A stretch of 64,000 nucleotides of DNA. Source: Minisyncoccota bacterium (GTDB lineage: Bacteria > Patescibacteriota > Minisyncoccia > Minisyncoccales > CG1-02-41-26). How positions within the stretch are numbered: position 1 is the first letter of the stretch; every line of letters starts with the position of its first letter. The stretch lies in the NCBI GenBank assembly GCA_028718785.1, contig JAQULB010000001.1, positions 104,214 through 168,213 on the forward strand. The letters run 5' to 3'. The notes under the pieces were generated by a model. That model saw nothing but the letters and a program-made list of their open reading frames with translations. It ran no database searches and was not told the origin of the DNA. A program made the translations under genes and the position numbers. Below, piece after piece: positions 16,482 through 24,601 of the stretch.

Positions 16482-17720
16482 ATGACATTCAAAAACTCTC
16501 TAAAAACAGCGGTAAAGGGCTTGCGGGCAAATAAATCCCGCTCAGCTTTGACTATTTTGGGTATTGTTATTGGCATTACCTCTATTATTTTAATTATGTC
16601 TTTGGGTAAAGGCGCTCAAGAGCTTATCCTAAACCAAGTAAGGGGGCTTGGCTCTGCCACCATAATTATTGAACCAGGTAGAGAGGCGCAAGGCCCCTCT
16701 GACTTTGGTTCTTTATTTACTGATTCTTTAAAAGACCGAGAGGTCGAGGCGCTATCAAAACTATCCAATGCGCCTGGCATTGAGGATTTAACTCCAATGG
16801 TTGTTTTGTCAACCACTGTTGCTTTTGAAAACGAGGTTGACTCTTTTATGATTTTAGGAGCATCACCGTTAGTTGCTGAAATCGTGGATGTATACCCTGA
16901 ATTTGGCCAGTTTTTTACAGACGAACAAGTTCAGCAATTATCAGCTGTGGCTGTTATTGGCTCTGAGGTTAAAGAAAAACTTTTTGGACCATCTGAAGCT
17001 TTAAACCAAAATATTAAAATAAAAAATAAAGTTTTTAAGGTGATCGGCATTTCTCCAAAAAAAGGGCAGGTTGGCATGCTTGATGTTGACAATTCAATTA
17101 TTGTGCCATATACCACTGCTTTAAAATATCTTTCAGGAATGAACTACTATCATCAAATTCTCGTTAAAGCAAAATCCGAACAAATTGTTCCCCAAACCGT
17201 GGAGGATATAAAAGCAACCTTAAGAGAATTACATAATATAACTGACCCAAAAAAAGACGATTTTCAAGTAGCCACCCAAGAAGATATTGCTAAAAGAGTG
17301 GGCACAGTTACTTCTGTTTTAACTATATTTTTAGCGGCAATAGCGGCCATTTCTTTGGTGGTTGGGGGTATTGGCATTATGAATATTATGCTTGTGTCTG
17401 TTACCGAACGCACCAGAGAAATTGGTTTGCGCAAAGCCCTGGGAGCCACCACCAAAAATATTTTAACCCAATTTTTAATGGAATCGATTATTTTAACTTT
17501 GCTTGGAGGGCTTGTTGGCATTATTCTTGGAATTTCTGATTCTTTTATTGCTTCTTTAATATTAACCAAAGCGCTTGGTTCAAATTGGCAATTTACCATT
17601 TCCATTCAAGCCATTCTTTTGGGCTTGGGGGTTTCCGCTTTTGTGGGAGTTGTTTTTGGCTTGTACCCTGCCCAACAGGCCTCTAAAAAATCCCCTATTG
17701 AAGCTTTAAGGTACGAATAA
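16482..17720 (+). CDS. MacB/FtsX-family ABC permease
   Basis: N-terminal TM, periplasmic domain, C-terminal FtsX 3-TM bundle with TERTREIGLRKALGA. Confidence 0.9.
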   Translation: MTFKNSLKTAVKGLRANKSRSALTILGIVIGITSIILIMSLGKGAQELILNQVRGLGSATIIIEPGREAQGPSDFGSLFTDSLKDREVEALSKLSNAPGIEDLTPMVVLSTTVAFENEVDSFMILGASPLVAEIVDVYPEFGQFFTDEQVQQLSAVAVIGSEVKEKLFGPSEALNQNIKIKNKVFKVIGISPKKGQVGMLDVDNSIIVPYTTALKYLSGMNYYHQILVKAKSEQIVPQTVEDIKATLRELHNITDPKKDDFQVATQEDIAKRVGTVTSVLTIFLAAIAAISLVVGGIGIMNIMLVSVTERTREIGLRKALGATTKNILTQFLMESIILTLLGGLVGIILGISDSFIASLILTKALGSNWQFTISIQAILLGLGVSAFVGVVFGLYPAQQASKKSPIEALRYE

Positions 17721-17771
17721 AGTTGTTGGTATCGGATTTCGGGGAGCCCTTGAAATCCGATACCAACAACT
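17721..17771. promoter_or_regulatory. Perfect 20-bp stem hairpin filling the permease-dedA gap
   Basis: AGTTGTTGGTATCGGATTTC - 11 nt - GAAATCCGATACCAACAACT. Starts 1 nt after the permease stop and ends 2 nt before the dedA ATG. No T-run. Confidence 0.6.
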
Positions 17772-17773
17772 TT

Positions 17774-18403
17774 ATGGTAATAACAGAAACAATAATTCAA
17801 TACATAACCACCTTGATTTCCTCTGGGGGATATTTTTTTGTTTTCTTTTTAATGATTTTAGAAAGCACTGCCTTGCCAGTGCCCAGCGAAGCTGTTATGC
17901 CTTTTGCTGGGTTTTTAATTTTCACGGGCCAGTTTTCTTTTTTGGGAGTAATAGTTTTTAGCGCTTTGGGCAGTATTGTTGGCTCTTTAATCTCTTACTA
18001 TATTGGTTTTTATGAAGGCAAACCATTTATTTTAAAATTTGGCAAATACTTTTTATTAAAACCGCGCGATTTAGTAAAAGCTGAAAACTTTTTTGGCAAG
18101 CATGGTGAAAAAACAATTTTTATTAGCCGGTTTATTCCAATTATTAGGCATTTAATTTCTTTGCCTGCTGGAGCTGCCAAAATGAAAATTTTTAAATTTT
18201 CTATTTACACAATAACTGGAGCCACTCTTTGGAACACATTTTTAGCTTGGGCTGGTTTTTCTTTAAAACAAAACTGGCAAAAATTTGACCAATACGCAAA
18301 ATACTTTGACTATATATTTTTAATAGCCATCATAATTTTTTTAACAATTTTTATCTACAAGCGCAAAAAATCAAAATATAAAAAAATAGACCCATCTTAT
18401 TGA
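17774..18403 (+). CDS. dedA: DedA-family membrane protein
   Basis: LESTALPVPSEAVMPFAGF and FISRFIPIIRHLISLPAG motifs. Confidence 0.85.
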   Translation: MVITETIIQYITTLISSGGYFFVFFLMILESTALPVPSEAVMPFAGFLIFTGQFSFLGVIVFSALGSIVGSLISYYIGFYEGKPFILKFGKYFLLKPRDLVKAENFFGKHGEKTIFISRFIPIIRHLISLPAGAAKMKIFKFSIYTITGATLWNTFLAWAGFSLKQNWQKFDQYAKYFDYIFLIAIIIFLTIFIYKRKKSKYKKIDPSY

Positions 18404-18436
18404 TGGTATCTATTTTGCTACCCGCCAAAAGAGGAA

Positions 18437-18793
18437 TTATTCCTCTCCTTTTTTATTTAATTCATCCTCTATGGCGTTGCCTATGTCGTCCATTCTAAAT
18501 GGTTTTGGAAAAAACCTATCGAATCCTTCAACCCTTTCATCGCTCGTTGCTAAAAAATATATCGTTTCTTTCGGCAAAAATTGCGAGAGGAAAATCCTGA
18601 GAGATCCCCCGTCAAATCCTCCTCCGATATTAAAGTCCAGAATACATATATCAAAGGTGTTACCATCATCGACAATCGAGATAGCGTTTACCCCGTTTGA
18701 ACAAATAGTTACTTGATGTCCCCTACCTTCAAGGTATTTTAACAATAATTTTCTAATTAGTTCATCATCATCAACCACCAAAATTTTAGCCAT
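18437..18793 (-). CDS. Stand-alone response-regulator receiver domain protein
   Basis: ILVVDDD, acceptor Asp in ICILDFNIGG, and conserved T/K positions (LATSD, FPKPF). No output domain and no adjacent kinase. Confidence 0.8.
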   Translation of the reverse strand: MAKILVVDDDELIRKLLLKYLEGRGHQVTICSNGVNAISIVDDGNTFDICILDFNIGGGFDGGSLRIFLSQFLPKETIYFLATSDERVEGFDRFFPKPFRMDDIGNAIEDELNKKGEE

Positions 18794-18915
18794 TTTGTCC
18801 CTCCTAAATTAAAAATTCAGCTTTACCATAAAGCTGAAAACTGATTATTTTATACCACAAATATTTAAAAAAAGCAACCCCCACTTAAAAATTTAGTGTA
18901 GAGGCAAGCCCAAAA

Positions 18916-18959
18916 GTGTATCAAAGTTAGCCGATCGGCACGGATTGATACGCTTTTTT
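18916..18959. repeat. Palindromic terminator-like element, copy 1
   Basis: GTGTATCAAAGTTAGCCGATCGGCACGGATTGATACGC+T-run. Near-identical copy at 37109-37150. Confidence 0.55.
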
Positions 18960-19734
18960 ATTCAATAAAATAAACCTTCATTGCCAACATTAACAAAATT
19001 CCAAGGATAAACACGCAAAAATATCCAAATGACTTTTTAAAAGAAAGGTCTTTTTTAATTTCTGGAATTAAGTCCGAGCAAGCAATGTAAATAAAATTTC
19101 CAGCGGCAAACGGCAATAAATAAACAATATTGCTGCCAATTTTCTCTGCCAAAAAAAATCCAACCAATCCCCCCAACACTGCCAACAAAGCTGATAAAAA
19201 GTTAAAAAGCAAGGCCTTGCCTTTTTTAAACCCCCCATAAAGCAAAACTCCAAAATCCCCTAATTCTTGGGGTATTTCGTGTAAAGCAACGGCTATTGTT
19301 GTTGTAATGCCGGTAATTGGGGAAATAACAAAACTGCCAGCAATTATCAACCCGTCCAAAAAATTATGTAAACTATCAGAAAGCAAAATTAAATAAGAAA
19401 ATGGGTGAATGCCCTTATCGCAATACTCTTCACCCGTGTGGCGCGTTGAATGGTGGTGGTGCCATTTTATAAACTCTTCTAAAATATAAAACAAACAAAA
19501 ACCAATTAAAGCAAAAATAAAAATTTTTAAAATATTTTCCACGCCCGCTTTTTCAACGGCTTCGGGCAATAAATGCAAAAAAGCGCCCCCCAACAAAGCG
19601 CCTGCAGAAAATGCCACCAAAAATAAAAGAATTTTGTTTAAAAAATTTTCTTTTAAAAATAAAGTTAAAGCGCCAACAAAAGAAATTAAACTCACCAATA
19701 AAGCGCTTAATAGAATGAAAAATAAAATAGCCAT
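18958..19734 (-). CDS. zupT: ZIP-family metal (zinc) transporter
   Basis: HEIPQELGDFGVL motif, His-rich loop WHHHHSTRH, 8 TM helices. Confidence 0.85.
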   Translation of the reverse strand: MAILFFILLSALLVSLISFVGALTLFLKENFLNKILLFLVAFSAGALLGGAFLHLLPEAVEKAGVENILKIFIFALIGFCLFYILEEFIKWHHHHSTRHTGEEYCDKGIHPFSYLILLSDSLHNFLDGLIIAGSFVISPITGITTTIAVALHEIPQELGDFGVLLYGGFKKGKALLFNFLSALLAVLGGLVGFFLAEKIGSNIVYLLPFAAGNFIYIACSDLIPEIKKDLSFKKSFGYFCVFILGILLMLAMKVYFIE

Positions 19735-19919
19735 AAATAAATAGCCCTGAGTGTTTCCAGTAATATATTTGGGACTTAAATCCAAGTGGGTTTCCTATTG
19801 CCCTGCCTAATTTTTGCCTAATTTTTTCGGAAAAAATTAGGCAGGGTAAAAAACAGAATCCCAAAACAAATATTTTGTTCCTCAATTAAACTGGAAATCT
19901 CAAGGCCACCCTCATTATA

Positions 19920-20990
19920 CTACTTTAAGCCCAGCGCTTCAACTAATTGTTTTATCAAGGAAACCACAACCGCTGGGGGCATTAAGCTATACGAAACAAC
20001 TCCTTCATCATCATTTACCTGCCAAGGTTTTTCTCCCACTTTAATTTCTTCACCCTCTAATTGGTAGGTATACTCTGGGGTTATTTCATAGCTATCAAGC
20101 AATTCGATAGCTTTATCAACTGGCACAGAATTTCGCAAAAATATTTTTGGCACGCCATAAAGAGTCATTGCTTGTTTCATCAATTCCTCATCAGTTTTCA
20201 GCCGCTCTTTTATTGGCTCAATTCCAAGTTCATCGCCCTCTTTTGTTTCCATTTTTGCTCCCGGGCATTCTGGATTATCACAATTCAAATAAAACTTGTC
20301 TGCTTGTTTATCATAACCGGGCTTTGTGGTGGCTAACAACTTTAAGTTTCTTGATGTTTTGCATAATGGACAAATCAACCTATATTTTATTCGCTCATCA
20401 ATTACCGCTTCTGGCACATCAATCATCACAAAAACATCTGGATCATCTCGATAACCCATCAAGTCGCGGAAGAATAAAGAATAAGAAACTTGGTCCATAC
20501 TTCTTGGAAAGCCATCAATAAAAATGGCTTTCTTTGGCATGTCAGCTATTTTCTTTTTAACCAAAGCCAAAATAAGTTCTGATGGTAAAAGCACTTTCGT
20601 GCTTCTCCCCTCCAAAGCCGCCATAATTTCATCTAAATGCAAATAGCCCCGATAATTTTTTTTCAAAAACTCCACCAACTCTTTTCTTTTTTCTGGGTCA
20701 GCAACAACTTCATCAAGGTCTCTTATCATATCCCCAACCGACAAATGGACAATTTTGTCATTGCCCACAATTTCAGCCAACATTTTAGCGTAAGTGCCTT
20801 TGCCAGAATTTTTTTTGCCAAGCAAATAAGCAATAAAACTATTTTCTTGCAAAAAATCTTGAAGTTTTTTTATTTCATTTCCAGCTTTGGCTTGGAAATA
20901 TTCTTTCCGGCCTTCTGGGAAAGTTATATCAAACTTTTTATCGAGCCCCTCAACTTTTGTTTTAAACAAAGGAAAATTTAGTGAAGACAT
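19920..20990 (-). CDS. Adenylate-kinase-family protein with long N/C extensions
   Basis: P-loop GKKNSGKGTYA, DGFPRSMDQV, zinc lid CPLCK...CDNPECPG. At 356 aa it is longer than canonical Adk. Confidence 0.7.
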   Translation of the reverse strand: MSSLNFPLFKTKVEGLDKKFDITFPEGRKEYFQAKAGNEIKKLQDFLQENSFIAYLLGKKNSGKGTYAKMLAEIVGNDKIVHLSVGDMIRDLDEVVADPEKRKELVEFLKKNYRGYLHLDEIMAALEGRSTKVLLPSELILALVKKKIADMPKKAIFIDGFPRSMDQVSYSLFFRDLMGYRDDPDVFVMIDVPEAVIDERIKYRLICPLCKTSRNLKLLATTKPGYDKQADKFYLNCDNPECPGAKMETKEGDELGIEPIKERLKTDEELMKQAMTLYGVPKIFLRNSVPVDKAIELLDSYEITPEYTYQLEGEEIKVGEKPWQVNDDEGVVSYSLMPPAVVVSLIKQLVEALGLK

Positions 20991-20998
20991 AAAAAAAA

Positions 20999-21125
20999 TT
21001 GACCTAATTAACCTAATTATACTAATTAACCTAAATAAGTCCCAATGAACAATTCCCCAATTGGGGCTTGGTGCTTATTTAGAATAATTAGAGCAATTAG
21101 AATAATTAGAATAATTAAATTTAGA
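20999..21125. repeat. MITE-like element with heptamer-array inverted arms
   Basis: Left arm CCTAATTAACCTAATTATACTAATTAACCTAAATAAG. Right arm CTTATTTAGAATAATTAGAGCAATTAGAATAATTAG. Confidence 0.45.
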
Positions 21126-21130
21126 TAACT

Positions 21131-22018
21131 TTATTCTATGCTTTTGACATCATTACCATTTGATAATATTGTAATATCTCCCATTTTATCCGTTCTTTTT
21201 ACCTTTATACCAAATTCTGCTAAATTACTCAACACCTCTTGATGCGGATGACCATACGAATTATTTGCCCCAACCGAGATGACTGCCACTTCGGGGCCAA
21301 CATTGGCTAAAAACTCTTTACTCGTGGCGCTTTTGCTTCCATGATGGGATACTTTTAAAACATTGCTCTCAATATTTTCATTATTAACAATAACGGCCTG
21401 TTCTGCTTCCCTGTTGGCGTCTCCCGTGAACATAAACGCTGTTTGCCCAAAAACCATTCTAATCACAATTGAGCTGTCGTTGTTATTTTTTGAATCCTGC
21501 TTTGGCAATTCCATTGGATATAAAATATCAATTTCTACTTGCCCCCGCACCAAATTTGGTGTGGAGGCGAACCCAGCTATTATTTTTGCGGGCGCTTTTG
21601 CCAAAAAAATGTTAGCTCCTTCTTTTTGTATTTTTTCTTGCCAACTCTCAAATGTTTTACCCTCGCCTAACTCACCTGTCCACAAAATATTTTTTACTTG
21701 ATAATTGTCTAAAACATCTAAAAGCCCCCTTAAATGGTCGTAATCTGGATGGGTTAAAATAACTAAATCAATTGTTTTGTCCCAAAATGGCATTTCTTGC
21801 CCCAGTTTTTCCACCACCTTGCTACTTGGGCCTCCGTCAATTAAAATTTGGTGCTTTTGAGAGGTTTCAATAAAAATACTATCTCCTTGGCCAATATCAA
21901 AAACTACCACTTTTAAATTTCCGTTTAGCCCAAAAACAAACCCCCAAACAAAAATATTTGCCAATCCCAAAACAAAAATCGCCAACAAGTAATATTTTAT
22001 GCTTGTATTTTGCCCCAT
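21131..22018 (-). CDS. ComEC/Rec2-related metallo-beta-lactamase-fold protein
   Basis: N-terminal TM. FDIGQGDS, ILTHPDYDHLRGL, HHGS motifs. Confidence 0.8.
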   Translation of the reverse strand: MGQNTSIKYYLLAIFVLGLANIFVWGFVFGLNGNLKVVVFDIGQGDSIFIETSQKHQILIDGGPSSKVVEKLGQEMPFWDKTIDLVILTHPDYDHLRGLLDVLDNYQVKNILWTGELGEGKTFESWQEKIQKEGANIFLAKAPAKIIAGFASTPNLVRGQVEIDILYPMELPKQDSKNNNDSSIVIRMVFGQTAFMFTGDANREAEQAVIVNNENIESNVLKVSHHGSKSATSKEFLANVGPEVAVISVGANNSYGHPHQEVLSNLAEFGIKVKRTDKMGDITILSNGNDVKSIE

Positions 22019-22083
22019 AAAATGTTAAATAAAAAGTGTCTGCTCGCTAAAAATGTAATTACAACATTAATAAGGAGTGAAAA

Positions 22084-22299
22084 ATGGGATTAAGAGTTGG
22101 ACACCGAATAAAAATTAAGCCAGGAACCTACCCACAAAAAGCAAAAAGGGGGGAACAACTCCCTTCTGTGCAGGTCAAAGAAGTTGGTTCAAGGGTAAAA
22201 TTACTAGAAATTAGTAGTTCCTTAGTAATAGTACAATATGGGACACTGATCCTTGTAGTTCCTGTGAACAAAATTGAAGAGGATGAGGAGGAAAAATGA
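22084..22299 (+). CDS. Hypothetical small protein (paralog pair, 1 of 2)
   Basis: SD TAAGGAGTGAAAA-ATG. Shares I-x-(I/L)-KPG-x-Y with the next ORF. Stop/start overlap ATGA. Confidence 0.45.
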   Translation: MGLRVGHRIKIKPGTYPQKAKRGEQLPSVQVKEVGSRVKLLEISSSLVIVQYGTLILVVPVNKIEEDEEEK

Positions 22300-22514
22300 C
22301 TAAATCTTATCTATCGGGCGAGAAGATTTCTTTAAAACCCGGAGCATACTCTTGTTTAGATGATCCCCACCTGAAGTTTTTTATTGAAAAAGTCGCCACT
22401 CCTGTAAAAGTTACTATTATTGAGGCACTTCCAAATGTAGTAATCGCCAACGCCTCAAACTCAAAAAAAAACTCTGTTAGAATTGCGGTGAGAGATGATA
22501 GTGTTATCGCTTAA
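22296..22514 (+). CDS. Hypothetical small protein (paralog pair, 2 of 2)
   Basis: Translationally coupled to the previous ORF. Confidence 0.45.
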   Translation: MTKSYLSGEKISLKPGAYSCLDDPHLKFFIEKVATPVKVTIIEALPNVVIANASNSKKNSVRIAVRDDSVIA

Positions 22515-22542
22515 TTCTAACACCATAAACCAACCCTTCTAT

Positions 22543-22755
22543 TTATTTTTTAGAAGGGCTGATTTTATTTAAATCCTCCAATAATTTTTTAAGGTCAATT
22601 CCATACATTTTGCAAACATCTCCAATTTTCAAATCTTGCAATTCAAACTGCGCCATCGGGCAAGTTAAACAGGGCACTCTGTGTTTTGCTAAAATAGCTT
22701 TAGCGCTTTCTTTTTGCATAATTTCCGCCAATGTCGTATCTTTTGTTATTTTCAT
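22543..22755 (-). CDS. DUF1858-like small redox protein
   Basis: MKITKDTTLAEIMQK...PCLTCPMAQFE...GDVCKMYGIDL matches the DUF1858 pattern from memory. Confidence 0.6.
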   Translation of the reverse strand: MKITKDTTLAEIMQKESAKAILAKHRVPCLTCPMAQFELQDLKIGDVCKMYGIDLKKLLEDLNKISPSKK

Positions 22756-24023
22756 ATTATTTCTATTTTGCTCTGTTTGAGCGCATTCTTTATTAATTTT
22801 TTTAATTTTAGCTTTTTTTCTTCTTTTTTAACATCTTTTAAATTGGCTTTGGTGGCTGGGTGTTCGGGAACAAACATTGAACAACAGTCCAAGTGAGGCA
22901 AAATGGAAATTTCATAAGTTCCAATTTTTTTAGCCAAATCCATTATTTCTTGCTTGTCCCACCCAGACAAAGGCCGTAAAACCGGCAAACTAACTGCATC
23001 TTCAATAGCCAACATATTGTCTAAAGTTTGGCTGGCCACTTGCCCCACACTCTCCCCAGTTATTAAGGCCTTGGCTTTTTCTTGCTCTGCAATTTCGTTA
23101 GCTATCAAAAACATTACTCGTCGGTACAGCACCACCCTAAAATCGGCTTTTGTTTTTAAAACAATTTCTTTTTGGATATCCAAAAGAGGCACAAAATATA
23201 CTTTTATTTTTTCTTGATATTTTTTTAAAACTCGCAATATATCTCTTACTTTTTCAAGGGATTGCTCATAGCCCTGTTGATTGGAATAAAAATGAACAAA
23301 AATATTTTCCACCCCCCTTTTCATCATTAAGTAGCTTGCCACTGGAGAATCAATTCCTCCAGAAATTAAAGAAACAGCTTTTCCACTAACCCCCAAAGGC
23401 AACCCGCCAGGTCCTGCAAACTTTTTTGTATAAAGAAACGCGTATTTCTCTGCAATCTCTATGTATAAAATAATATCTGGATTATGCAAATCCACCTTAA
23501 CGCAATTTAACCGATCGGCAGAATTGCGCATAGATGATATTTTATTTAAAATTTCTTCCCCTAATTGCTCGTTTATTTGCTGGCTGGTTAAAGCAAAATT
23601 TTTATTGCCTCTTTTTGTTTCCACTTTAAAACTACTAAAAGTTTCTTTTTTTAAAATTTCAATGGCTTTATCTTTCAAACATTCAATGTCTTGCCCTGAA
23701 CTTGTCGAAGGGTCCTGTCCTGAACTTGTTGAGGGGTAAACCTCTTGAGCAAATACAAAATAAGTTATGCCAAAAACTTTTTGCAACGCATTTTTAACTT
23801 TTTCTTGCAAGGAGTTAAACTCCTTTGATTGGGGAAGGAGTTTTTCTCCTTCCTCTTCTTGTTTTAATTCAACTAAAATCCGACCGGAAATTCGCTTTAC
23901 ATAGTTAAAAAGAACCCTATTTTGTTGTAGGGATTTTTTTATATTTTCAACCAATTTCTCTTCAAAAAATTTTCTGTTATCTCCCTTTAAAGCAATTTCT
24001 CCATAATGACAAATAACCAGCAT
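22752..24023 (-). CDS. thiI: tRNA 4-thiouridine synthase
   Basis: THUMP-like N-terminus and PP-loop SGGIDSPVA. Contains the tandem in-frame insert PSTSSGQDPSTSSGQD. Confidence 0.9.
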   Translation of the reverse strand: MLVICHYGEIALKGDNRKFFEEKLVENIKKSLQQNRVLFNYVKRISGRILVELKQEEEGEKLLPQSKEFNSLQEKVKNALQKVFGITYFVFAQEVYPSTSSGQDPSTSSGQDIECLKDKAIEILKKETFSSFKVETKRGNKNFALTSQQINEQLGEEILNKISSMRNSADRLNCVKVDLHNPDIILYIEIAEKYAFLYTKKFAGPGGLPLGVSGKAVSLISGGIDSPVASYLMMKRGVENIFVHFYSNQQGYEQSLEKVRDILRVLKKYQEKIKVYFVPLLDIQKEIVLKTKADFRVVLYRRVMFLIANEIAEQEKAKALITGESVGQVASQTLDNMLAIEDAVSLPVLRPLSGWDKQEIMDLAKKIGTYEISILPHLDCCSMFVPEHPATKANLKDVKKEEKKLKLKKLIKNALKQSKIEII

Positions 24024-24024
24024 A

Positions 24025-24597
24025 TTATTCTTTTATTAACTCAAGAGCTTTTAAGTTTAGTTCCCAGAATTTTTCTGGCATTGTTTCTTTTATTGCCTCT
24101 ATGATTTCTTCTTTAGTTAAAGGCAACGCCTGTTTTTCAATGGCGAAACCAAGCATTGCCACACCAACAACCACTGAATTGTCTAATTCTTTTTCACAAA
24201 TTGATAAAAACGGCATTGTGAATATTTTATTAGTGGCTAATTTAATGTTATCCTCAACCTGTTTCAAAGAAGCGCTCTCTCCCAATGTTGGGGTTTGATA
24301 ATTATTAATAACAAAAACCGTATTTTTATTGGCAAACTCAAGCCCGCCCAAGGCCTCTTGAAATTCTAAAGCCAAAACCAAATTTGCCTGCGTTTTTGGC
24401 ACCATTGGAGAATAAACTTTTTTACCAAACCTTATATAAACACCAACAGACCCTCCTCGCTGGCTTAAACCATGAAGTTCTGATGTTTTAATATCAAGTC
24501 CCTTGTTAAAAGCGGCCTTGGAAATAACATCCAAAAGCGTTATCAGCCCCTGTCCCCCAACTCCTGTTATAACAATATTAAAATTTTTGTTTGCCAT
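24025..24597 (-). CDS. iorB: Indolepyruvate:ferredoxin oxidoreductase beta subunit
   Basis: NIVITGVGGQGLITL motif, immediately downstream of iorA. Internal Met start chosen. Confidence 0.8.
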   Translation of the reverse strand: MANKNFNIVITGVGGQGLITLLDVISKAAFNKGLDIKTSELHGLSQRGGSVGVYIRFGKKVYSPMVPKTQANLVLALEFQEALGGLEFANKNTVFVINNYQTPTLGESASLKQVEDNIKLATNKIFTMPFLSICEKELDNSVVVGVAMLGFAIEKQALPLTKEEIIEAIKETMPEKFWELNLKALELIKE

Positions 24598-24601
24598 AAA
24601 T

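Noticed and set aside
19801-19846. 15-bp hairpin CCCTGCCTAATTTTT/AAAAATTAGGCAGGG between the adenylate-kinase-like gene and zupT, considered as a terminator or riboswitch
   Set aside because: No T-run follows the stem on either strand, and no conserved riboswitch core is recognisable. It is left unannotated.
19553-21701. Assorted antisense ORFs (19553-19885 -, 20061-20336 +, 20147-20521 +, 20637-20981 +, 21363-21701 +)
   Set aside because: All overlap motif-supported genes on the opposite strand (zupT, the Adk-like gene, the ComEC-like gene) and have low-complexity F/L/I/S-rich composition typical of AT-rich antisense frames.
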